The notes under the pieces are model-generated. The model was not told where the DNA came from. It did not search any database and worked only from the letters and a program-made list of their open reading frames with translations. A DNA stretch of 63,475 bases, the filler included, from Cercozoa sp. M6MM (lineage: Eukaryota > Protista > Endomyxa: Ascetosporea), in the NCBI GenBank assembly GCA_040357565.1. It is 10 parts of 10 records of this genome, joined end to end, with 100 filler letters (N's around TTAATTAATTAA, not from the genome) between each part and the next. Parts side by side here need not be neighbours in the genome. Positions count along the whole stretch, not along the records: positions 1 to 6,674 come from JBDODJ010000707.1; positions 6,775 to 10,082 come from JBDODJ010001508.1; positions 10,183 to 16,010 come from JBDODJ010000841.1; 7 more parts are not named here. One strand, 5' to 3'. The translations under genes were made by a program, and so were the position numbers. Shown here in pieces: positions 1 to 13,384 of this stretch. The number at the start of each line of letters is the position of its first letter. The first letter of the stretch is position 1.

Positions 1-47
<47 letters not shown>
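1..47. repeat. (CA)n microsatellite at contig start
   Basis: Direct reading of the sequence. Confidence 0.95.
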
Positions 48-48
<1 letters not shown>

Positions 49-99
49 AGTTAGTCTTCAGTTTGCACTTTTAGACAGATAACATATCGAAAACTTACT

Positions 100-928
100 C
101 GGTGCACACAGTTCCGCAAGTGCCTCGTGTGACTCGGCAACGATCTTCGATGGCCGAGTCGAAGTCTTCAAAAAAGTTGTCTGGCAGGGAAGCGAACTCA
201 ATGAGATACGCCGCTAGTCGTGTGCACAGGGCCAACGGGTCTGCTCAGCAGAAAAGAGTTCGTCACATTGATAAAGGTAAGGTTGGTCCTCAACGTGGAC
301 ATTCGCTCAAAAGAATCGCCCAAAAACTGACGAAACACGCCTGCCTGGAGTCGCCTCCACAGTCTAATCGTGACACCAGAGTTTATTTGGTGCTCACACA
401 TTAGCAGAGTTTCATGCAGAGGTGCGATTTACTTCGTCAGCGTCAGAAAGAATGATTGCAGCCGCCAAACTTTTCTGCAACAGCGCATCGGTGCTTAACG
501 ACGACAATCTATCGCCTACTTCCTCCGATATGCTTCGTAGATCTCTGCATGCGTTCAAAGTAGCAATAAACAGAACCGAAACATACTCGTACTATCAAAT
601 GACCCGCCATCCCTGAACACAGGCGTGAAATCGGTCAGAAGTAGGTACATGTAGTCTTCTAACGTCAGTTCGTTCGGCTGTTGTTGCTCGTGCGTCTCCT
701 GTGCCTCTTGATTTTGATTCTGAAAGAGTTGTCGCGCGCACTCTTTCGGCAGCACCTCGACGGCGTACGCCAGCGACATCCAGTAGCGCGCGGGTTGCGA
801 CGAACTGTATCATGCAACACAACAACTTCCATCTCTTTGCCTTTACAAAAGAAAAGAGCAACGGACAGGCGAGGGTGCAGTGCATCCAACAACGAGTAAC
901 AAGCTCGGACACCAACAGCGTCCGTCAT
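100..928 (-). CDS. Hypothetical multi-exon protein, probably truncated at the contig start
   Basis: Open segments (SLAYAVEVLPKECARQLFQ..., DLRSISEEVGDRLSSLSTDALLQKSL...) separated by GT..AG intron-like stretches; no family recognised. Confidence 0.3.
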
Positions 929-1106
929 CGCGTCGCGCTAGTTAGACCCAAAAAGCACGCGAGCAGGAGTGATTCTACGAATTGTAGTGCTCTGCCCCAT
1001 ACTATACGTCTCTAATGCGTTCAGTTCCCTGGTTTGTTTTTTTGCTTAGGAAATGACCATCGATCGTCAAAAAAATATTGCGATTGGTATTACTCTGCAC
1101 GGCTGA

Positions 1107-3187
1107 ATGACTTATAGCCTGTTAACCAACGAGTGCGATGGCGTCTTCGTCGTGACTCGGAGGATACCGCGTAGTCTGCATGAAGGCAGCCTGCCCAGTG
1201 TCCTGGCGCGACTCGCGCGACACCATGCCTGCTTCATTATTGCGTTTCATCAATCCGAGTCGAGTCAAGATTTTATTCAGTGCGAAATTCCACCTTGATC
1301 ACGAGTAAGTGTTTTATTCGAGGCGCTGGTCGCAATGAGAAGCACAAGTTCAGCTGCGAGGTATTCTCTTTCACTGACAGGTACAGTTTGATGGGGCAGA
1401 GTACCGAGCGATTTCGACTTGATGAAAACAGAGAGAAGAATCCATGTTATTGCAGTCGGCTGAAATTCGCAAAACAGACATGTTGTGTTCTCCAATATGC
1501 AAATTAATAAGTCGAGTCAGTACGGCGACTTGACGAAAGAAGTTGACGCAGAGAAGCCACCATTCGCCCTGGAAAAGCAGTGCATATGAACAGTACTTCA
1601 ATTCTTCACGGATGTAAAAGGTGTTTGCTCACTTCGGCGGAATAGTAGTGTTCTGGCAGCAAAAAAGCAACAACGGTGCTGATGCACTGTGTCACAACTG
1701 ACACAATGCAAACTGGAATCAAACGCGAGAAGGCCACTGACCCTGCGCACAAGTGGAATATAAACTTATTTAACCTCAATCTCATCTTAAAAGCATACAA
1801 CGACGCAGAACAATGGTCAGTCGCAGGTCTTTCATTTGACGGGCAGTGTTGAGCATCTACAGGTGCAGATACTCGCAATTGTAGCTCCTATAAAAGGTAA
1901 TGTACTTGGTGCAGCCTGCGTAGCAGCGGTATCAACATCAGTGAACACGCAAATGTTTCCACCGTCTGGAATACTGTGAGTGGGTTTTGTCAGCTCAGAC
2001 TGTACTCGCTTTTGATCACGTTCGAATGAAACCGTACTTCGCAAGGATTCAAAGACGAACACAATATCTTCGACGCCCAAGACGCCCATGCAGATCGAAA
2101 ACGCCAACGAGGGAGCAATCTGGGGATAAAATCGACAGTATGATAGGAGATTTTTGTTTGATTATGCCTAAGAAACTAAAGGTACCAATGAAAAAACGGC
2201 GTAAACACGAATTGCACGCAGTGTCGATTCTTTCCAGATGCGCATTCGTGGCTGCAGATTCAATGTACGAACATAAAATCAAACAACTGAAGCTTAAGGC
2301 GAAGGCAGCTACATTCTTGCTTGCAGCATGCATGCGCGAGTGCATCGTGTCAATCGACAAAAAGAGTGCAGTTGTAAGCACCGCGATTCTGCATACGGTA
2401 CAGCAGCTTGCTCAACATCAATATACCCGGGAGAAATCAAACCTCGCAACCACTACATTCGCCAGAACAGAGAGTGTCCTAAACGCTCTCTCGTCCCAGT
2501 ACACGTAGCTCTTCTTTCGAGAGACGCACCCCATCGTTGTCTATACTAAATCCTCCAATAGTGATAACCGAACTCTTTCAATCACAACATAAGCAGACAA
2601 GCACCTCATCGTACACGGCGATTGTGTAACTTTGAAAATACGAGAGTGCCAACGCTATGCCTAAGTTACAGCATAAGTGTATGACTGTGTTCCAAATCCA
2701 ACTGAAGGCACTTAGGCTTCTCATACCATACCCGATTCGCCGCTTTGAACGACCAAAACTGTCAACAACTACAGTACGATAAAAACCTAACAGTTTTTCG
2801 CTGGATGAGATGATGAAACAAGAGTATACAGCATGTAGCAGCGCTGCTTCCCAGCCTCGTGAACCCGCACGGTCATCTCGTGAAAGCAATACAAAGGACA
2901 AGAACTTGCTGTTAACACACGGCGAAGTCTGTCGCACATTGAGGCGATGTAAGCAGGAGTCACTAAGAGTAGAGCCAGAGACGGAAGCACCCGAAAAGAC
3001 TATATTGTACTTCAGTAAACAGTTTCCCAGGGTTTGTGAACTTAGATTTCGCCCTGAAGGGGTGTTACTATTACGCACACGGGAAGCGGGAACGCTCTCT
3101 TCGTATTCTGACAGCAACGGCTATCCACCACTCGATTGGAACGAATGGTTGCAGCTGAAACTCAAGTTCAACCGCCTCAAACGATAG
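1107..3187 (+). CDS. Hypothetical multi-exon protein
   Basis: Chain of + strand open segments (1107-1298, 1987-2508, 2810-3187) ending in TAG at 3185-3187; no recognisable domain and splicing not resolved. Confidence 0.3.
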
Positions 3188-3423
3188 CGTGACGTTGTTG
3201 GCTTCCATTGGCGTTCTGTATTCCCCAAACTCTAAGCCACGATACAAGCTTTACCTTAAGCCAGGAAACATGTTACTGTAAACTTAGTTCCGGAGTCGTC
3301 CGCGCGGAACTGGCGGAAGATGCAACTGAGTGAAACACCGGTACCGTGACTGTCAGCGGTGACAGTCCACTTTACTGCAGTATATTTATCGTGAAATAAA
3401 ATGAAAGCAACTGAAGTTGGTCG

Positions 3424-5666
3424 TCAGTCACGGAGATGCTCCCCAATGCGGAGACCATGTTTGTGGATAACTGCTGCCACCTCTGGCGGTAGGGGCACCT
3501 GAGTGCTCGCAGGTGTGGGCTGCTCCGTCGGTGATTTTATTGGAGTGTTTGTCGGTACTTTTGGCATTTTAGGGCTGCTCAAGGCATTTTGGGGCAGTGA
3601 AAAACAGGAATACTCCTTTCCAATCTGTAGCGCTGGGCCGTACCTTGGAAGTTTCCTTGCGCTCGGCTTTCGTCTGTCATGATCATCTATCGAGCGCTTC
3701 TTCTGAGATGGCGTCGTCGTGACAGATTCCGACAAGCGACGAGCTCGAGGCCCTGTTGCTCTTAATTGAATTCGCGGTTTGGTGACTTGAGCTCCTGCAA
3801 CTGGTTGCGCTCGTTTTGGGATCAAGGTCACCCTCTCATCCGGACGAGTAGCTTTCGTGGTGTCTTTGGCACTCTGCAGTTGACGGTGCTCAAGAGTCAC
3901 CGGTCTGACCGAGGTCACTTCCGTCTTGCTTTGGAAAAGAGTGGCAATCGAAAGGCGATTCGACTGTTCAAACTGACATTACCTGTCACTCAAAATTCGT
4001 TCGCGCGGCGATAGCTTTTTCGGCTTTATCACGTGCCCGTACGTGCGCCGCTCAATTTCTTTTCGTTGCTCACGGATCCGGATGTGTTCCTTTCGTAAGT
4101 TATCAACTGCTTGCTGCTTCTCGTGTTGTGCTTCAAGCCTCAGCTTTTCGGCTGGCTTTCTGTATCTTTCGTGCTTTTTCAGACGCGAATCAACCTCAAA
4201 ACGCGGCACTCGGCCTGGAAGAAAGAAACGGTGGTGCTCGTATATTTGAGGGAGAGGCAAGTGTAATTTATCACTCCAAAACAGTTTCTGTTGCACCTTT
4301 TGTTGGAGAACGAGGCGGCGACGACGGTTGAACGGGAGCTTTGTAGAGTGAGGGCGGTATCGGACTTGCGCGAAAACGCGTTTTTTCCCATTCACGTCTC
4401 CGTTGCTGTAGTTCAATACAATTTTGCAATTTCCTCCTCGCTTCTTCTTCCTCTTCTTTTTCTTGTAAGTGTTGCTCAAATTTACGCCGGGCGAGGCTTC
4501 GCAGATAAGTGCGATGCCCAGTAGCTGGTCCCTTTGGCCTAAATTTACAGTACCCGTTTAGTACGCATTGGTGTCGTTGGGAGTGTGAACGTTGCGACAA
4601 AAAGAAAACAATAAGTTGAGGTTTACACAGTGTAGTTTGTGTTGTGAAGCATCCAGATTTCACTGTCGCGCAGAATCGGTGCGTGATGGGACCCAGTCGA
4701 AAACACGAAGTTCTTACGCGCTGTAGCGGTAGCGTCAGGTGCGTGTGTGCATGCTCGATACCGGTCATTCCGCAGCTTTAAATCCATCGAAGGAATGTGT
4801 TGTATTCTATAGCATAGGGTCCACCAAGGATTCAACAAATCTGGGTGCACCCTTGTGAGCCAGATGCTATGAGCGGCATCAAGCAAGTAAAGTTTACATT
4901 ACCGTGAATGCAGAATGGCGAGTGCTTCGCCCACTGTTGGCGCTTCTTGGCTATAGCTGTCCGCAGACACAGAAGAAGCCTCAGTGTCCGACTGCTGCGC
5001 CAGTTGGCTTTCATCCGCTGTATTAAGTGTTGCGATAAGCTCCACTTCTCTTCGTCAATTGTGGCAGACAAGTTTGTAGTAAATAGGATGCCAATTTAAT
5101 CAAAGCAGATCGGGGTACAAACGCGCTCGCATCTCTGACCACAGCGACGCTGTCTTGCAAAACTGCTGCATGGCTTTTTCGCAGCCAAGCTCTTCAACTT
5201 CGTCGACCATTGCACCCAATGATTGCCTTGCTGTGAAATAAAAGCGTGGGACAGATAAATTTACATAAAATATATGTAGATATAAATTTATAGCGCCAAC
5301 AGAGAAATTACTCTCTTCGAGAAACGCCGTTGCGGCGGTGAAAAACCTAACTCGCAGCACGCTTCCCTCCTGACTGCACAAAAACGTGAAAGTGTATATA
5401 CCAACCCCATTCCCTGTTCGAAATGCACAACTGCCGTGACCCCCTTACCTTTTCTGGAGTTTGTGAAGAATAAAGCGCGACGTTTCAGTGAGTACGTTGT
5501 TGAGCTCGCAGATACGACTTAACAACGCAGGCTCACGTACTTCGCTGACAGGTGCGTCGGTGTGACTTTGCTCCACTGGCAGCTCGCGATGTTGCTGAAG
5601 GGAAACTTCAAGTTCTGACGCAAGCGACAAGCCATCATTTTGCGCCTCCGCCACTTGCTCAGACAT
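3424..5666 (-). CDS. Hypothetical multi-exon protein(s), partly coiled-coil and basic
   Basis: ATG at 5666 (MSEQVAEAQND...). ORFs 5100-5381, 4832-5071, 4623-4886, 3979-4479 and 3424-3918 can plausibly be linked by introns such as GTAATG..CAAAG near 3980. May be two genes. Confidence 0.4.
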
Positions 5667-6284
5667 TTAACTGGACTGTTTCAACCTCAGACAGCCAACC
5701 TTGAGGGCTGAAGTGTTATTCCGAGCCGAGATCATTTAAATTTGTCAGTGGTCAGGGTCAAGACGAGAAACTGTGCCGTGACTGTGCCCGATCCGCGCGG
5801 AACCGACGACGACCCAAGCCCCGTCCAAGTGTCGCAAGGAACTTGTCGAAAATGAAGGCGTTTTCGTCGAACTCGCCGAGTCGTGCTATTTTTGGCTTCT
5901 TTCAGTGCGCAGCGTTCTGTGCTCTGCCAGTGTACCGCGAGTACCACAGTTCGACGAGACGGCACAGCTTGAACTCAGTTGCAGCATTGGCATGCTCGGT
6001 AGTGACATGTCCGTGCGTGGAGAAACTGGTAGCTTTAGATGTAAAACTTATATGCCGCCAGGACTGTCTTGTTTAACCCACGTCAGTTGGACGGACGTGA
6101 CTGACTCTTGCTAGTGCCGTTGCTCTCTACTAGTCTGTTACAGACGACTCAAATTAAGCAATTTCCGCGGGTCTACCATCGAAGGAAAAGAGAAAGAGTT
6201 TCGTCTAAAAGAAAGAGCTTGGTCTAACTGAACTGACGACTTACTTCTTTTTTTTTTTACTTCAAACATACGGGACTGACTGAC

Positions 6285-6674
6285 TTACATGATGAGGCAC
6301 TTCTTCTTCTGCACACAGCGCAAAAGCAGCAGGTGACAATGGCGGGTCTACAGTAGAGTACAGCGTATGCTACCTTGGGAGAGGCGGGCCTCGACAACGC
6401 GGCGCGAACGGCCTCGTCTAAGAGCTCCGTGAGGTTCTTCTGCATCAGGGCCGAGCACTCGATGTACTTGACGGCGCCTATCTCCTCCTGCACCGCCAGG
6501 ATCTCGTGCTCGGCAACAACGGTCTGGTCTGCATATAATTTACATTTAAAAAGTGACTAGTCATCATACCCGCAATATCAATACACTATATTATAAAAAG
6601 GATATTATATGTATATAAATTAATATATATACGTATATATCTGTAGACTCGACTGTATGTACCATCATCGGCCC
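6285..6674 (-). CDS. Rac/Rho-family small GTPase, 3' part (5' end lost at contig end)
   Basis: [30 protein letters not shown] (G5 region); last exon KKKCLIM* gives a polybasic stretch plus CAAX box. Confidence 0.85.
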
Positions 6675-6774
6675 NNNNNNNNNNNNNNNNNNNNNNNNNN
6701 NNNNNNNNNNNNNNNNNNTTAATTAATTAANNNNNNNNNNNNNNNNNNNNNNNNNNNNNNNNNNNNNNNNNNNN
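6675..6774. other. Artificial contig linker N-TTAATTAATTAA-N (also at about 10127, 16055, 19374, 22931, 43623, 51442, 57166, 61405)
   Basis: Identical six-frame stop 12-mer inside N runs, nine times; genes are truncated at these points. Confidence 0.97.
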
Positions 6775-9303
6775 AATCCTCCTCTGCTCCGGCCGGAGGA
6801 GTCTTTCGTCTTGCCGGAGCATTCTACCTAATCGTAGCTGGTTTCCATTTGAGTCCTTTTGGCGGCGTTGGTGGACCCTGTGCCCTTATCGCATCGATGC
6901 GGGTTCGATTCTCAGTGAGCACATTTTTTACTTGGGGTGGAGCCCCTTCGTTTTCGACGTAAAACACAAAGGGAATTTTCCCTTGACAAAAGCCAGCAAA
7001 ATCCCAACAAAGTCCTTGGACTGCCGTAACGTAAGACTAAACTAGACTCAGACGACTTACCGTTAGCCAGCACGGTGCGTGTGACAACGAGACTCCTCCA
7101 TCTCCACGTCAAACGTTCCATTGGCCTGCTGGCCCTCCATCCATTTTTCGCGGAAGTACAAAAGCCAAGATGCGTTTTTCGGTCGCTGCTGATTCTAAGC
7201 CACACACGTCAATGTGCAGCCAGCACAATCAACCCGAAGACAAGAAACTCACCGTCTTAGGGTCTTCGATACCAGCCTAAACAAACACAAACGAGCCTCT
7301 TACAGATAACAACGCAAGTCCGTCAAAAGTGTACCATGCGCAGCATGCCGGTACAAGTGAAAAAGAAGGTGGGACAAGCTGCTTTTATTGCCGCGTTTTT
7401 CAGCGACGCGATCCGTCGATCGCTATAGCCAGCCGTGGTGCAGATCTCAACAAACGCGTTCATTCCCTAACCAGGAACCAAGCAAATCTAGCGCGGATCA
7501 ATGCGAGACAGAGAACTAAATCATACCTTGACAACCGCCTCGCGAAGTCGCAACTCCGCGAACTTTTCAACTCGATCGGCCGCCTTTTCCAGGGCGGAAT
7601 TCAACGGGTTCAGCCTCCTCGCAAGCGCTTGCTTTAAGTCCTACGAAAAAAAAGTTTCCTTGAAATAAAAACACAAGTAAGTTTACTAGGTACAGGTTCG
7701 CTGAGTTTTGCGTGAGCAACGTCGATAGCGCATTGAATTGTTTCCTGAATTACATTTAATACATGCAGAGATAGAAACTAAAACTGTTGTCCGATAAAAA
7801 TAAAAAGTTTTACGATAATTATGTCGGGATTCTCAATGCGGTACTTGTGCTCTGAGCGAAGCTGATCAACAATGCACGAAAGTGTGTTGCTTCCGAGTTG
7901 TAGCTTCAGTTTGAGGGATCGTCCGCGAGAATGCTTGCCCTTCGGAAAGACGTCCACGCGGATTTTCGATGGATCACTATCAATAACGCTCGCGCACACC
8001 TAAAACCCGACAACCGAACGGTTTGATAATGCGCGAGAGCATATCGAAGTTGAATTACTCCAAGGTGTTGAAGGTGCGTGCTCGTTCTCTGGAAGGATGA
8101 ATCATCAGTCTGTGCATAGTAGTTGTGGCACACGGACAGCAGAAGGTAATTAGGCATATACCGACACAGCACTGGCGCTCGAGACTGAAGAGCCAACCGA
8201 AACCATCGGCAAAGTGTCCGTCTGTGTGTGTGCCTGTATGTATGTATGTGTGTGTGTGTGTGTGTTAGCTCAACATACAAAAAAAGGATGTTCGAGTAGC
8301 TGAATCGCAGTCGGTCGTTGAGTCGGATCGGATTCGAGGCACTTTGACACAAGAGAATGGAGCATGTCGTTCTTTTGGACATGATTGCGGGCCTCCTGCA
8401 GTATTGTAGAATCTGCTGAGAAGATTCATGCAGCATATGAAAAACAAAAATAAGGTACCCGCTTAGATTTGGGGATTATGCCAGTGAAAAGTTGAACCGC
8501 AAACACGCCAAAGGCAAAAATGTCGATCTTTTCATTAGCATTGTTTCCCTCGCGCAACTCTGGTGCCTTAAACTGAAGTTTCACACAGACATCCACATAT
8601 ACACTACGTCACACTTTCTTCAGCTCAGAAGGATGATACATCTGGAGTCCCAACGTCGCTCAGATATTCCGTATGTTCCACGTGCTTGGACAGACCAAAG
8701 TCGCCAAGGCACACGCGACCGTTGTAGCGAAGAAAGACGTTTTGGCACTTGAGGTCGCGGTGTAAAATGCGCGGATTTTGAGTGTGCAGGACATGTAAAG
8801 CCTCCAAAACTTGCTTGCACCACCCCTTCATCAGACTGTTGCTGAAACGGAAATTGCAGTTCGAGCGCAACTACGTGTTCCAGTGCCAGATAACTCCAAA
8901 TGCAGGAGATGACGATCGAGATAGTACCAGATATTTTCGGACATCTGCCAAAGACCCTTGACACAGCTCAGTAGTGAATGCGACATTGCCCGAGTCATCC
9001 TCCCAGCTGTCCAACACCCGCAAAAAGAGTTCTGGGTGGGATTTATTGAGAGCCTACAAAGCGGTGTAACACAGACCCACGCACACAAGCAGGGACACAC
9101 AGGCACATGCAACAATGCACCCTGAGGATCGACACTTCACTCTCAATTCCTTGGATAGCTTTTTCCGCCAATTGTCTTGCGCTGTTGAGCTCACACAGCG
9201 CAACCCTTGCACCTTTTTCCGGGTCCCACGCTTCATACACGTTTTTGAATCCTCCGGTGTTAATCTCGCCCAGACGCCAGTATCGCGACGTACTAACAGA
9301 CAT
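6775..9303 (-). CDS. WNK-type (With-No-Lysine) Ser/Thr kinase, multi-exon; 3' end uncertain
   Basis: GGFKNVY (Lys in Gly-loop), VALCEL (Cys replacing the beta-3 Lys), ILHRDLKCQNVF, GDFGLS, spliced GTPDFKAPE, KIDIFAFG. Confidence 0.85.
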
Positions 9304-10182
9304 CGCTTCGCGCACGTACAAGCCCAACGCTCGGCCGGCACTGCGAAGTCCAACGCGCAACGAGCGATCATCCCTTGCGGTTCGTATCGATATACTGATC
9401 AGGCAGGGCGACGATTGATACCAAGCTATCGATCAATTCCTTTCTTCCACTCTTCTATTCTTTGGACCATCTGTCGTGAGGGCGTGCTAGTTATTGGTAT
9501 TGGTACCATCTGTCGGTATGGTACCGGTATTTACGCATTCTGTCAGCCGTTTTAGCACGGTGGTCGCCGATGTCATGACGGGTTTGCAAATAGTCAACCG
9601 GAAAAGATGCTTACCCGGGCAACGATAGAAATACTGTACCCGTAAATTCTCGTACATACTCAGTACGAATCTATCTCCCCTTTTGGCGTCCTCCAGGCAG
9701 CGAAGTCGAATTCATGGTTGGTAGGTAGCGGGCTACAAGTCAATTTAGAGAGGCGTTGTAGATGCCCCATCGTCCTCCGCTCCGCTAGGGAACATAACAA
9801 AAACAAAAACTCTATGAGTGGTGGCCCAGTCTATCAGGGACTCTCGGTCCACCTGCTGGGAGACTAGTTTGTCCTTCAACAGTACCAGGAGTCCCGTCTC
9901 TTTTTTGGCACGTTTGATGCATTGCGTATGGCATTTCTGCATCTAGTCGCGTGATTTTGCCATCGTCAGATCGCAGTCTTCCGTTGGCCGGTCTTCCTGA
10001 TGCCCAGTTAGCCAGCTTCGCCTCTGGCGAGGCTGCCGTAAACTTATTTCTGCTCTGTTTGAGGGGGGGGGGGGGGGGACAGNNNNNNNNNNNNNNNNNN
10101 NNNNNNNNNNNNNNNNNNNNNNNNNNTTAATTAATTAANNNNNNNNNNNNNNNNNNNNNNNNNNNNNNNNNNNNNNNNNNNN

Positions 10183-12705
10183 CACGTGTGAGTGTGAGTG
10201 AGACAGGCGACGGCAAGGTGCGCGTGTACGTGTTGCCGTCGGCGACAGACGGCGCGGCGGCGCGACTGATGAGTGTGCCGCCGCTACTGACACTGGGCGA
10301 CTCGACTGGTCAGTTTGTGGTCACCCACGTGGTCACCCACGTGGTCACTTAATCACTGTGGTCATCCACGTGGTCACTGGGTCAATGTGGTCACCCACGT
10401 GATCACTGGGTCAGTGTGTGTGTGCAGGCACTGTGTTCTGGCGCGTGCAGTTCAGTCCGTTCGCCGACCGTGTGTGGCTGTAGTTTTACCCTCGCCTCCT
10501 CTTTTACTCCATGTTTACCGCCCTGTTTACCCCCCCCCCCTGTTTACTCCTGTTTACTCTCCCTGTTTATCCATTTTTACCCCCTGTTCACCCTCCCTGT
10601 TTATCAACCTCTTACCCCCTGTTTATCCCCTGTTTACTCCCTCTGTTACCCCCTCTTTACCCCTGTGGTTTGGGCAGTTGTGCCACGTCGCACTGCGGTC
10701 GCGTGGCGGTGTGGGACCTCGCGCTGCTGCTCGATGAGGAGACTCGCGGCAAGGACAGTCAGAGTGGGGACAGTCAGAATAGAGAGGGTCAGAATGAGGA
10801 GGGTCAGAATGAAAACAGTCAGAATGAGGACGGTGCCATGTGCGATGACGGTGACACTGACGGTGACACTGACACTGATGCTGATGGCGACACGTGCCAC
10901 GAGCCACTGCAGTGCTGGCAGGCACATGCCAACACGGCCGTGCGCAGCGCGTCGTTCGCGCCCTTCGCGGCGCACCTGCTGGCCACCTGCGTACCATTCG
11001 GACTGCCCCTTTGTCCACATGTACCCCCTTTGTTTGTACAGGCACAAGACGGCACACTGGCCATCTGGAATGTGCGAGATCCGCGACAGCCTTTGTTAAG
11101 GGGGCGGTAAACTCCCCTCTCTTTTTCTACTTTAGTACTGACAGACAATTGTGTAGTGCGAACCAGTCGCCTCTGTTGGATGCCGTGTGGCTGCCTGGTA
11201 CGATCCGACAGCTCGTTTATGATGAGATTTAAAATCACTGCCCAACAGGCCAACAGTCGTTGCTGTGTGCGTCGGAACAAACTGCGAACTTTCGGTGTCT
11301 GCGCTGCTTCCATTTTGATCATGTACAGTCACTCCGCGAATCCAGTCTTAAACTGACCTTCGGATTTCTGTGTTTTTGTGAGTTCTTTTTCTTTTTGTTT
11401 TGAAGGCGCCAGCGACGCAGTTCGCGCCGGAACTGGAGAGCGCCGAGATGCCGGACAGTGCGGCCTGGCAGGTCAGTGTCAAGATCGACGTGCAAAGTAC
11501 GCAGGGCCTCGCTTTGTCAAGTCGGCGCGGCAACACTCGCGTTGAGTCGCTTCGATCACTCATGCAGTACGGTAGGAATTTTCTTTTTTGCAGATTCATC
11601 CCAGACTGTGTTGACTGACTTGACACTGCGACTTGACAGAGACACACACGAAAGTCAAAAGAGTAGTCACCAGTGACACGCCGATCTTGGGTACCTCATC
11701 TGTGTTCAAGTACTCTGCTTCAACTGCTTTCTTTCAGCTGTGTGGTCATTTTTTTGTGTGATCAGTCTGTGCGGCTGCCTACAGCAGTGGCGTGGTCTAC
11801 CTGTACGAATGTTTGCTGGGTGACGCCTACTGGAAGCCGCGAAGCTTCGTGACGCAGTGTTTGCATCATATCTTGTCAGTAAACGTTCCGTCCGCGCGGA
11901 AGGTACTGTCCATTTGAAGAAACGCTGATGTCGGGTTATCTTTGCGCGTTCTAATAGCTGGAACTCACACTGGCACCGGGTTTCACACCGAGTCTGGGTG
12001 TGGTAGGTTCGCATACAACCTTCGGTGAACCTGTGCTCACTTTGCTGTGAGAGTAGCCTCGTCCGCGTAAGAAAAAGAAACACAAGGTCGCGGCCGACCT
12101 GAACAAAGAGGATAAACAGCGGGAAGAGCGACCGCCTCGGGTACTGCTTACTTTTGTTTTGTACTTTCCAGTTTGGCTGGTTTGAACGCGTGCAGAAGGC
12201 AGAAAACCCGCTCAATGACACGCTTAACGAAACCACTGTCGTTTATGGGTGCAAACTTTCTTTCTTCGTGTGTTTCTTTTTGTTTCTTGCTAACTTTAAT
12301 TGTTAACATCTTTCTTTAGCGTGGTACAAGCTGGCGCGGACGAAACGCCGGCGCAGCCGCAGAAGGATTTTGTCGTGCTTAACGACGAACTGGTACATTT
12401 GAGTCATAAACTTAAGTGCACATGAACTCACCACACCTGTCTGCTGTTGCAGATCAATCAATGGACAGTCGATCTCAATGGCAATCTGACTCGCCACCGG
12501 GTTGTTGCCATGGTAGCACTCTGTTTTGATTGCTCAATACACGACGTATGATTGTTCGAAGGGCGGCAATGCCGGTCTTGTCCGCGTCAGTTTCGTGCTG
12601 CGTTCGCCGCTGGACGACGAGCCTGACTCGGACGAAGAAGCCAGCGGAAGCGACAGCGGCGCTTCAACTGACGACGGTTACGGTTCCTCAATCTTTGACT
12701 TCTAG
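10183..12705 (+). CDS. WD40 protein similar to TFIIIC subunit GTF3C2/Tfc6, 5'-truncated
   Basis: PLQCWQAHANTAVRSASFAP..LLAT-CAQDGTLAIWNVRDPRQP and C-terminal VAMGGNAGLVRVSF resemble my recollection of GTF3C2 WD repeats; TAG at 12703-12705. Confidence 0.6.
10314..10665 (+). repeat. Intronic simple repeats: GGTCACCCACGT units (10314-10412) and TTTACCCC tract (about 10483-10665)
   Basis: Direct reading; lie between WD40 exons. Confidence 0.8.
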
Positions 12706-12820
12706 CTCAATCCAAATTAGTTTGAAAGCAAACAAAGCGCACCCGATAGTCGAGTTTATTGCTGACCAAGTTGTGTTAAAAGTTTGGAAAGTATGGTCCT
12801 GTCTGTAGATTGTGTAAAAA

Positions 12821-12852
12821 GGTGGTGTAATTTATACACCGGAAAGGAAGCA
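12821..12852 (-). terminator. H2B 3' stem-loop element
   Basis: Minus strand TGCTTCCTTTCC-GGTGTA-TAAAT-TACACC-ACC, about 85 nt after the stop; near-identical to the H2A element. Confidence 0.7.
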
Positions 12853-12924
12853 CTAGGGCATTCCTTGCAAGAGGGTTTTGTTTGCAGATACACACGAGAG
12901 TGTTTGCAAGTAGCCAACCGAGGC

Positions 12925-13284
12925 TTACGAGCGGCTCGACGTGTACTTGGTGACGGCCTTGGTGCCCTCGGAGATGGCGTGCTTGGCGAGCTCGCCAGGC
13001 AGCAGGAGGCGCGCGGCCGTCTGGATCTCTCGCGACGTGAGCGTCGACTTCTTGTTGTACTGCGCCAGGCGCGAGGCCTCGAGCGCCAGACGCTCGAACG
13101 TGTCGTTGATGAACGAGTTCATGATCGACATGGCGCGCTTGGAGATGCCGACATCCGGGTGCACCTGCTTGAGCACCTTGTAGATGTAGATGTTGTACGA
13201 CTGCGTCGGCTTGCGGCGAGCGCCAGCATGCTCGGCAGCGGCAGCAGCCGGGACCTTCTTGGCCGGGGTCTTCTTGGCGGGCAT
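12925..13284 (-). CDS. H2B: Histone H2B (intronless)
   Basis: [10 protein letters not shown]...[39 protein letters not shown]...[30 protein letters not shown]. Confidence 0.98.
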   Translation of the reverse strand: MPAKKTPAKKVPAAAAAEHAGARRKPTQSYNIYIYKVLKQVHPDVGISKRAMSIMNSFINDTFERLALEASRLAQYNKKSTLTSREIQTAARLLLPGELAKHAISEGTKAVTKYTSSRS

Positions 13285-13384
13285 CTTGTGCTTGTGCTTG
13301 ACTTGCGGAGAATGAAAAGAGAAACTCTTTTGGGTGGAAACGATCACCGATCCCACACAACAGTGGCGCACTCCTCGGCACCCA

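Noticed and set aside
9400-10060. Intergenic stretches (also 25200-25700, 39730-40270) inspected for tRNA, snRNA or rRNA
   Set aside because: No cloverleaf, Sm-site or rRNA signature recognised by eye; a covariance-model search could still find something.
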